This document shows, in pieces, positions 1-10,005 of a stretch of 64,000 nt of DNA. This DNA comes from the human T2T-CHM13v2.0 reference genome, Homo sapiens, in assembly GCF_009914755.1 (NCBI RefSeq), contig NC_060940.1, one strand, 5' to 3'. Under the pieces are notes generated by a model that saw nothing but the letters and a program-made list of their open reading frames with translations, ran no database searches and was not told the origin of the DNA. Each line of letters begins with the position of its first letter. The first letter of the stretch is position 1. A program made the translations under genes and the position numbers.

Positions 1-41
1 CAAAATGCTTGGATTACAGGCTCGAGCAACCGCGCCCGGCC
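1..41 (-). mobile_element. Alu 5' end (cut by window edge)
   Basis: Reverse complement of the Alu start GGCCGGGCGCGG...CCTGTAATCC. Confidence 0.9.
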
Positions 42-204
42 CTGTTTGGTGGTTCTTTTAGCTTAATGTGGTGACAACACAGCTCCCTTAGTGATGTCAA
101 ATCCCTTGCACGAATGCAGAAAGCGTTTTTCTCCCACACACTTTCAAGTGGCCTTAATGGAGCCTGTGGGAAGGCTGACTGCTCACAGTGGAACCAGAAC
201 ATTT

Positions 205-244
205 GGGTGGGCCTGGGGCGGGGGCTGCACAGGGTGGGACTGGG
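205..244 (+). other. Predicted G-quadruplex
   Basis: Seven G3+ tracts with loops of 1-7 nt (gggtgggcctggggcgggggctgcacagggtgggactggg). Confidence 0.6.
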
Positions 245-592
245 CTGAGATGTTTGAATGACAGTATGGTGATGTCAGTGCGACCTGAGCATTTCTAAAC
301 ATGCAGAATTTTTTTTTTCCCAACGTCCTTATTTTTATACAACTGAGCTAAATGGACAGACACCTGTCCATTGTGACCACTTGAATTGGTGGAGTTTATA
401 CGTCCAGGTGGAATGAGATGACTCTTAACAGGAGTATTGGTCTACAGGGTAACCTCTCATTTTTCAGTGTCACAAACTAGACTCTAAAATACTGAATAAA
501 TCTGTTCATGATAAGGCGTTTTTGTAAGTGACTTGATATCATTATCTTCATTTGATATAGCAGGAAATATCTGGATTTAAAAGGAATCTGCA

Positions 593-785
593 TGGGGTTG
601 CCAGACTTAGCTAGTTAAAACAAAAAGATGCCCAGTTAAATGTGAATTTTAGATAAACAATGCACAATTTTTTTAGGTATAAATATGTCTCATGCAATAG
701 TTGAGGCATACTCATACTAAAAAAAAATATCATGTATCTGAAATTCAAATTTAATTGGCATGTTGTATTTTATTTGGGAACCCTA
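593..785. mobile_element. MER53 (hAT-derived palindromic MITE)
   Basis: Starts GGGTTGCCAGA, ends TGGGAACCCTA; internal dyad symmetry around ~696; resembles recalled MER53 consensus throughout. Confidence 0.85.
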
Positions 786-1602
786 AACCTTCAGAGCGTG
801 TGTGTGTGTGTGTTGGGAAGGGGTTAGAGCAATGGAACTTCACTCTGTTGTGTAAATTTTGGGGGAAATGTATTCCTAACCCCTGGCTCCTTGCTTGGAT
901 AGAAATATGGCCACTGAAGAGAAGATCAGATGAGCTTTGTAGTTTTTAACCGTATATTTCCAGGTGCCTGGGGACCACGGGAAGGAGAAGGGTTGCACAG
1001 GCGATCCTGAATCACCACGTGAGGAGGAGGCTCGGCTCGGGCAGGTATGTTTTTCAACACGGCTCTAACAGAGCGCACACAGGTGATTAACATTCCTCTG
1101 CTGAGGTTTATGACTTCATTAGAATATTTCTCATCATAACTGAATAGGTAAAAAATACCTGGCTATTAAATACAAGTCTATCCCTCAGGATGACCAGATT
1201 ATCACTTGAATTTAAAATCTTTCTGAATTTTTAATAGTGCATAACAAATACGATTATTTATGCACTTTCTTCCAGTACTCAACTTGCCAGGCCTACAATT
1301 ATATGGAACGCCTTCAGTTTCAATGGGAGGGATTAATTGGAGCTGTGCATCTCGGCCTGGTCCCCCCTTTCCTTGTGACCTGGAGGAAGCCTGTCCGGAA
1401 TCCTTTGGAGGCACCGGCAGGGCCTGGCTCTGTGTTATTTAGAAACCCCTGGTAATTAGCAGCGGGGAGATGTAAGAGCCGTGGTGTAAAGGGAGCAGCT
1501 GGGAATCCATAAAGCTGGCTGATGAGAAAGTCAAGTGGAGGCCTGCCTGGCTGAAACATCTTCAATAGATCTGTAGTCTGGGCTTGAACCCTGCCCTCTC
1601 AC

Positions 1603-1823
1603 CTCAGGGTCCGATATTTCTTTCTTTTCCATTTTTTTCCTCTGCCCAAGTCCCCCGCCCCCACCTTCTCTTCTCCTCCCAGCTTCTCTATCAAGGAATG
1701 ATGTACTCAGACTGTGAATAAATGCGAGTGACCCCCATCTGCCCACCCCCACTTCCCAGAGCCTTCTGCTGGAGAAGGGGGTGGGGGAGGGAGGACAGAG
1801 AGAGAGGGAGAGAGAGAGCGAGA

Positions 1824-1862
<39 letters not shown>

Positions 1863-1950
1863 GGAGAGAGGCAGAGGGAGAAAGGTACAAGAGAGAGAAG
1901 GGAAGAGAGAGAGGGAGATAGAGCGAAAAAGGAGGGTCCCCGACTTCCTC
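1603..1950 (-). promoter_or_regulatory. Candidate minus-strand first (5'UTR-like) exon with CT-rich leader
   Basis: Minus-strand donor GAG|GTGAGA (exon end 1603); CT-repeat leader; transposon-free context; CCAATCA at 2340-2346. Upstream boundary is a guess. Confidence 0.4.
1793..1932 (+). repeat. (GA)n / polypurine microsatellite
   Basis: ~140 bp almost purely purine, with a pure (GA)n core at ~1829-1856. Confidence 0.95.
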
Positions 1951-4440
1951 ACAGGTAATTAAAAGGACTGTTTTCAAGGTTGCATGGGCAAAGACAATTC
2001 GGCCCTAATGAAGCATCGATCGACTGCAGTAATGTAGAAAGGAGCTGACATTCATTCAAAGGTACCTTTAACTGTAAGACACTGCACCGGGAATTATTCG
2101 TTCTCTGCTGTCATTGCCTAGGACCTGGGTTAGGGAGAGGAAAAAAAAAGGTGGGGTGGAGGGGAGAGTTTGTTTTACATTTATTTCCGCATCGCCACAA
2201 ATGCATGTGTCGGGGCTTCTCTTTTCCTTCTCTTCTTTTTAAAAATAGAATGCATCAGAGCACAGTCTCTTTGGATGTAAGGAGGGGGGCCCTCCCCGCT
2301 TAGGGTAAATTTTCTTCATTAGTCACGTTTAAAAGCCCACCAATCAGGCCTGCCGGGTCCGGAATTCAGGAGGTCAGCGACAGCCAAGCAGGAACTCTTT
2401 GGGAAGGGTAGGGGCATTGCTGGCTGGCTGTAAACCCAAACTCGTTTCCCTCCACGGGTTTGGCCGCTGTCTGCTTTGTGCTGGTGTTTGCTATTCTGGG
2501 GCAAACCCCAGAAACCTCGAGGGAAAGAGAGCTTGGGGAACGGGGACCTATCACTGTGCAAGGGGATGTTGACGATCCAGCCAAGGGGATGGGGATCTGG
2601 CCATAAAGAGACCAAAGATGCTTGTGGGAAGGAGGGTTTCGGCAATCCAGGGAGTGAGACGGGGTTTTCGGGTTGCAGAAGAATGCCAGGTAAAGGTGTG
2701 GGAGAGAAGCGAGGCTGGGAGTCACCTCCCAGTCCACCTGGGGGACACTTCTTCTGGGTTCCCCGGCCGTGGACATGACTTCTTGTTTTCCTCATTAGCC
2801 CTAAAAACATTTGCCTTTGGAGAGGATCCAAATGAGAATAAAAAGATACTAAAGTGCTAGTCGTGCCAAGTCAATGGGGGAGGACGATGACGGAAGGAGA
2901 GTCAGTATCCATTCCAAAACAAGTGGAGTGTTATCTGGAAAGGTTTTGCCCACAGCCCCAGCTCCACTGGATCTTACACGAGGCCCCTCATACAACAATA
3001 GCAGGTCCCTTCAGAGCACGAAACACAAAGGGAATTTGCTCTGGTTCAGTCTCCACAGTGAGGCCCCTCGGAAGCTAAAGAGAGTCACTTCCCCCCGACC
3101 CCCACCTCTGCTAAAAATAAGCGTGGGAGGCAATCTCAGACCCCCATAATGACATCCAGGGTACCATAAACCTATCCTGTTGGCAGGACATTTCAAATCA
3201 CGGGCTCTTTCTCCCATTTTCTTTCTCTCTTTCCTTTTCTTCTCAGAATTTATCGTCGTTTCTTGATTTTGCCTTTAATTTTGGTTTGGTTTTAGAGGGA
3301 GGGGGTGGCAGGGTATATTATTTAACTTGATAAACAGCATTAGCACAGCGCTGGGCCGCCTCCTGGCTTCGGCGTCTCTCTCCTATTTTTTCATTTGTGT
3401 TTACATTTCTAAGACATCCCCTTAGCTGAAGGAGGATGCTTCCCACATATTGCACTATAGGCCATTCATGCAAAAGGATAATTTATTGGCCGCACAGCCT
3501 CTGAAGTTGAATTTTTAAAAAGAAAAATCGGAGCCCAGTTTCCCCAGGTTTGCTGCATTCACTTGTCTTTAGTTTGTGCTCTTCTTCTTGCCTTTATCTT
3601 TGAAACAGTTTATAACATTCTATTTATCAATTTGATGCTGTTTCCTCCTGGTTGTTATTTATTTACTTATTTATTTTGTGCTGCCAAAGAACAGGTCAGG
3701 AAACAGAGGCAGAAATTGGGTGGAACACCTGCTGAAATTAAAAAAAAAAAAAAAAGTTTTCCCCTAAAAAATGACTAAACTGCAGCCCAGCAGATCCTAT
3801 CTGCATTAATTTGGCTGAACAACAAGATATTGCAGGGGACAAACTCTGAATAAAGCAGTTCCGAGTTCCCAGAATTGGCACAGCTCAGCCTAAACAATGA
3901 CGGCTTCCTATTCACCTTAACCCAGCTTTTCAAAAGAACATCCCCAGAAACACAAAGCATCAGCGGGAAATGGCAATTTTATGAATCCTAATCAATCAAA
4001 GGGCTTATTAACTCAATGTGAAGCCAGATTAAAATCTTTAATTATAAATCGTGCTAAAAGGAAAAACAAAATGTACTTATGGTACATTGAAAATTCCGGA
4101 TATTAACATAGTTGCTATTATCTCTTGCAATATTAAATTCCCCCTCCCTTTCCCCCACTACAACCTCACCTTTTTCTATTACTAAAGAACAGGGCTACAG
4201 AACCCAAATCATTTTTCCCCTCGATTTATTAAAATGTATTCTTTTTCTCCCCCTGTGCATCCAATAGGTTTCTGGGAAGCTGCGTTGGAGGCTGTAGGAC
4301 CGGGTATGAGAAATCCCATTACTGAGCCCCGGGCAGCTAGGGTTTCAGTGTGATGCTGGAGGTAGTTTGGGTAGCTGTTTATTAAGAGGACAGAGTTGGT
4401 ATTACAGGGTCGGTAGTTGTTTTGTTTTGTTTTCTTTTTG

Positions 4441-4540
4441 GCGGGGGGCGGGGGCGGGTAGGAAGAGGACAGCAATCAGATGGGGAGCATTTTTGCTAAT
4501 GAAAGCGGCATGCGTGTCTGTGCTCGTAGGTTTGATTGGC
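4441..4540 (-). promoter_or_regulatory. GC-box plus CCAAT-box cluster next to the CTG repeat
   Basis: Overlapping GGGGCGGG boxes at 4443-4458; GCCAATCA on minus strand at 4533-4540; minus-strand donor AAG|GTGAGG downstream at 4170/4169. Confidence 0.45.
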
Positions 4541-4608
4541 AGGAGTGGAGATTGCCAGCCCCAGGAAGGGTCCTCGCTTTAAGCCATGGTGTGAGAAAAA
4601 GCTTTGGG

Positions 4609-4610
<2 letters not shown>

Positions 4611-4676
<66 letters not shown>
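4611..4676. repeat. CTG/CAG trinucleotide repeat (CTG)2 TTG (CTG)18 TTG
   Basis: Counted directly: 22 triplets, 18 uninterrupted (4620-4673). Confidence 0.98.
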
Positions 4677-4679
<3 letters not shown>

Positions 4680-7600
4680 CTTTTTCGGCTTCTTCTTCTC
4701 CTTTTTTAATCAGGCAGACATTTGGGAAATGACCACAGCAAATTTAATCACAGTTGGGGGGTGAGGGGGGAGGGAGGCAGAGCAGAGACTGTGATTCACA
4801 TGTTTTATTTATTTGTTCAGAGTCACGGCCATCCTATTGTGTGTCCCTCATTCTGTCATTTCAGGCCCCTCCGACCCACCCCTACCCCTGTCCCCATTGT
4901 TAATGTAAGAGGCAGAGAATATAACCACATTTTGTAATAATAACATATCCAACGTTGCAAAAGCAGGCACCTCATCTTGAGAGGGGTCCTTTTCTTACAT
5001 TGAAATGATAGAAAAACAAAAAGAAAAGAAAAAGAAATCTCTCCATCCTAATGACAATGTAGGATGGAGAGATTTATTCTTTGTGTAAAAATGCAATGAT
5101 GTTCCTAGCTAGGGTACATGCCCCATTTCCTCCCCTCCTGCACATCGGCTATGGTACTATTCTATTTTTATATTTACAGAGCAAACCCCATGTTACCAAA
5201 TTGGCTTTAAATTAAATATAAAGGGAGCGAAGGAAAGGAAGAAAGAAAGAAAGAAAAAAACCTGTACTATCAAAGCTAATAAAAAGAAAGTAATACCCTG
5301 GTTTAAATTAAATCCTACTTCATTCCTTTTGTTCAAAGTTCAGAATTTCTTTATCTCAGCCTCTCTCCTGAAACATTCCTTTTCTTTGACTTTTCCTTTA
5401 GTTCCAGGGACAGGAAGCCCTCGTCCCCAAATGAGGTCTCTAAAGATCCTTGCCACTTTCCTTGCTAATCCTAGAACTAGGTTTCAACCATGGATGGGGG
5501 GGTTTGTCAAGAGGGGAGAGACAGCTTTCACTGGCAAAAATCTTGATGGTGAGTAGGGCTTGATTTTCATAATACAAGGTCGACTCTGTGCTCTTTCTAT
5601 CTGAACACTAGGTCTAAAATGCCTTATTTAAACCTGACTCAAGAGAGGGACATGTCCCTGATGGACACAAACCCAGTCTGCCCCAGTGACACATCCTGGC
5701 TCCCTCCCAGCTGTGCGCCTTCCTCAAACATTCAGGATCCTTCCAAACCATATTCTTGTAGCTACTGCTATTTCAAAAGTGCAGGGAAAATATGGTTTTC
5801 CTGATTACTTTGGAACTTGTGAACACAGACGCAATGCTCAATGTTACTTTAAACACATTTACTAACATCTTTATATGCTTGAAGCAAATAAAGATTTACC
5901 CAAATGCTGCTTTAGCATCTGAAAACTTGCAGAACCCCATTTTGGTTGCTCTGTAACCACACTTACACAGTCCTTGCTATAAACACACGAGTCTGGTTTT
6001 TCTTCTGCAAATATGTATGATTTCTGTTTAGCTCCATCCCTCCTTGATTTTTCTGCCTTTGCAGACTGATAATTTTGTAGTTATCTAAATGGACAAATAT
6101 AGCCAGAGGAAAAGATCCTAAATCAGTTTTCATGGCTAAAGTGCACACGGAATCCATTTTGGCAAAAAGCACTCAAATTCTCAGAATTCCTCTAAATCCT
6201 TAAATGCCACACGGCTGTGATATTCCTTTGAAGACGAGCATTGGACCTAATAAACCGAACACTGGAGGCACAGATCTCGTCTTCTTTAGTTCTTGCAACA
6301 GCTTTTCACTAAATTCAAAAAAGACCTTTTGTGCTTAACTGGGTTTTCATTTCATTGCTTTTAAATTTGTTAAGCTTGACTTTTGACACTTTGGGTGTTT
6401 AGCCTTTTTTTTTTTTAAAAAAAAGTGCAATTATATAATAAATATTTGTGCTTCCAGAAAGGAAGACATTCATCTGTTATTAATGCTCGTATACAAAGAA
6501 TAAAATGTACTTCACTCTTTTGTTAGAAATAACCCACATAAATATGTACATTTTTTTAAAAATCATCTTTAAACAATGGCATAAACTATTTTTGAAATAA
6601 CACACAGAAACATGGTATATACAACGTATTCACTCCACTAGAAGGTGTAAACAAAATATAAAAAAAATTAATAAAGCCAAGAAGGAAAGATAACTTGTAT
6701 AAATAATTATGTAAATAAAATGTGCCTTTGAATTGCTATGTAAACAAATTAGACATCAAATGATAAAAAGCACAGTTAGTAAATTACGATTCTCTATAAA
6801 AAATATGAAACTATTTGACTTTTCCCATTGATTTACTTTCCCAGTTCACTTCAGCAAATGAAAAAATATGAGTGGAGACGGCTCTCAGCAGCTAAAATAT
6901 GAAAACAGGCATTTGTTTTTGTTTTTCTTTTAAAAAAATGTATATGCAATTTTAGTTACTTCTCAGAAATTACAAAAGGGACATTTAGGAATTGTTCACA
7001 AGGTGATGCTTTGAGATTAAATTTTCTTTTGATACGCTTTTAAAAATATTCAGATACACAGTTTTGAAAATATTCACCTCTTAGGTGAGGATCGTCTCAA
7101 TCTAATAGAAATGTTTTTTTTCCTTTTCTGCCTAAAGGAAAATGATTTTAAAATTATTTTCTGAAGAAATATTGCATGGAAATCAATATGAAAAACAGCA
7201 TTATTAGTAAGTGGAACATAATTCTTAAACATTTTAGTCCACTTATTTTCAGGTATTTCAAATATATTTAAAATATTTTTCATATATATTTTTATCCACA
7301 TCACAATTCTTGTTGGGTGTTAATACAGGTTCTTTTTTTCTTTAATGTCAGGAAGAAAACGGCAGTCATGATAGGAAGACAATATTTACGTTTTTCTATC
7401 TTCTTTAGTTTAGTTCCAAATCCAAATAAATAGGAATGTAAAAATGGTTTAAATGGTTATTTTAGAACTCTGCAGGGAATCTTCTCTTTAAAACTATTTC
7501 AAGCCTTTTCTAAAGATTTCTCACATCAGTATTATGTTGTTGGTTTCCTTTTGAAAAACACTCTGCTTCTTAAAGAACCTTATAATTTAAATGTATTTCC

Positions 7601-8127
7601 TATGCATATGGTTTTGTCAAAATCCCAGTCCAAACACAGAAAATGCCCCGGGTCTCCTTAACACCTCCAAAGCTAATGTTTATAGGCCAGCTTAAATCTG
7701 AGCAGAAAATATTCACCACAACTCCTGGCTTTTTTTTCTTCTTTTTCTTCTTCTTTCTTTCTTTTTCTGGATCGGACGAGCGCTACATTTGATATAGAGA
7801 CTGATTTTTTTTTTTTCCCATCAAAATTACATGAGAAGCAAAAAGCTGGAATCTAAGGCTCTAGACAAACTGGGTGGGTCTCCTCACTCCTGTCTTTTCT
7901 CAGTGTCAGACTCTATGTTTAGATAAAACAATTTATCTTTATCATTTTCAAGCTGTTCAGACGGGCGAGGGGTGGGAGGTGCGAAGGGTGGAGGGGTGAG
8001 GGAAAAGGTGATTGTTTCACTTGTTGTCAGAGGGCATTGATCAGCCCTGCTGTCTGCTGGTCTCCGAGGTGAGGCCAGGTCCCCCAGGAGTACTTCGGGG
8101 CTGGGCCGTGTCAGGGCAAAGCTGTAT

Positions 8128-8134
8128 TGAGTCA
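8128..8134. promoter_or_regulatory. AP-1 consensus site TGAGTCA
   Basis: Exact consensus inside a CpG-retaining unique segment; function not shown. Confidence 0.35.
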
Positions 8135-8252
8135 TGACCCAGATGACGGCTCATTGAGGCAAACGGGTATTGGCGTCCAAATCATTCTGAGACACCCTCA
8201 GTAACACTTAAACCAGTCCACTCCGTTAATGTCAGGTCACGGGGGACACATT

Positions 8253-8271
8253 TAGCCCCCTCTGCTGACCA
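8253..8271 (-). promoter_or_regulatory. CTCF-like motif
   Basis: Minus strand TGGTCAGCAGAGGGGGCTA versus consensus TGGCCASYAGRKGGCRCTA: two mismatches. Confidence 0.5.
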
Positions 8272-9955
8272 TTAGACCCTTTGATGGAGTGGACGATAAA
8301 CTTGACGGGACAAGCTGGACCCTGCACTTGAGTCTGCCTATGTTTACAGTAGGCCCAGTGTGAGGCTGGCCTTTGGAGAACGCCCGCCGTCCCTGTGGCC
8401 AGGTCCTCTAGGGACTCTGGCCCTTTTACACCACACAGGATAAAACAGAACTAAAACTAGTTTTAATGTTCCAGCGTCAAAGGGAGAAAAACAAGCCACC
8501 GTGATCCTTCGCAAAGTTTTTCAACAATGAGGTCAGATACAAATTGTGGATGAAGTGGTCTGGCTCTACCATTTTGTAATTTTTATTTCTTGCTTTGATT
8601 TTTCTCTTTCTTCTAAGCACCGCTTATATAGTGCAGGTATTTTGAAATCCATTTGTTATACCTTCTGTGGCAAAGAACAAAAAGAATTCCTTATTGTTTC
8701 CCAGGGAAGTAGAGAAGAATTCAACAAAAATTCACTCTGTTGTGATCATAAGGTTTCCAGGGCAGTCTTCTGAAAGGGAATTATTTTATTTTGTATTACC
8801 AAACATCAAATATATTTTGGGGAGAGAGGGGAATAGGAATCTAAAGCTAATTGCATTTCCCATTGATGGGAGCATTAGCCTAAAACAAACTTGAGCTTGG
8901 AAATGAATCTAAAGTACAAACTAACAAAAACCAAGTCTTTGTTAACATTCAAAGGGTGAATTAATAATCATTATTGCTACTATTTAAACAAATTATACCT
9001 AAATCTTCTGTTACACGAGAGATTGCTACTGTTTACTTTTGCTGCTTTCCCACCAGCAAAACGGCCTCTGGTTTGACAGAGCAGATTTTCTGGTATTAAA
9101 ACGCTTTTATCCTAGTTTTAACACCTTGTCTGAATTCCTCTTGAGAATTAACTGATATTGCATGAGAAGGGAAAATGCGAGGGGGTTTTCAAGTGGCCCC
9201 CACACTCAAAAACTCAGTTCAACAGAAACAACCCTCCCTTCTTCAAACAATACCAGTTACTAAGTACACAAGTAGCATGAAGAAAAAAAAAGTACAAATG
9301 AGCTAACTAATATGACCAAATTATGCATCTGTTTTGTCTTAAAAGTAAATATCTAATTAAAAAGATAATCTAGTTACCAAACTATTAACTGTCCTTCTGA
9401 TAAATAAGGAAGCAGCTGTGGGTTATGTTTAACCAAGGGTGAGGGAGGTGTAGTCACTCTCAGGTTCTCATTGACTACTTTGCATTATCCAAACCTGAGA
9501 GACTTTTCCAGAGTTCATATTCTTTGTTTCCTAATGCAGTCTGGAACCTCTAGAGCTGGCTAAAATTCAGAAGTGTTTCTCTTAAAAGGAGTCAGTTTAT
9601 CAAGCCATAAAGATTACATCTCATTTTCATATCAATGTACATAGCTTCATTCCAGAGAAACTGGATAAATTAGAACATGTACCCACAGCCCACTTGATTA
9701 CATCCTGTCCCTGAAGCTTGAAAGTAAGACTTATAGATTCAGAGACTTCAAATGATTTCAGGGAGTTTATATTTTGGTATGGTTTTGGAAGAGGTGTTAG
9801 AGTAACTTGTTTTCTTTCCATGTGCTATTAATATTGTGTGTATAATGCATACATATAAACAAGTATCATCAACATTTACTAACTCCATCTTGATGTTTTA
9901 TGTTGAAAGGATAGAGATAATTCTAGCATAGATGTGTCTGTGAGTGAATGAGTGA

Positions 9956-10005
9956 GTGTGTGTGTGTGAGAGAGAGAGAGACAGAGAGAGAGAGAAAGAG
10001 AGAGA
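9956..10005 (+). repeat. Compound (GT)n(GA)n microsatellite
   Basis: Seen directly. Confidence 0.9.

Noticed and set aside
351-372. Short perfect hairpins and palindromes (351-372, 8452-8465, 11427-11446)
   Set aside because: Stems of 7-9 bp are expected by chance in 64 kb.
1531-1977. Ser/Leu and Arg/Glu repeat ORFs
   Set aside because: Artefacts of the (GA)n tract.
2319-2831. Longest ORF (170 aa, minus)
   Set aside because: No recognisable domain; overlapping ORFs in several frames reflect GC-rich, stop-poor composition.
4611-4676. Identity with a known disease repeat (DMPK, TCF4 CTG18.1, ATXN8OS, PPP2R2B, JPH3, coding polyQ genes)
   Set aside because: Flanks do not match what I recall for those loci, and the polyQ frame has an upstream stop and no clear exon structure.
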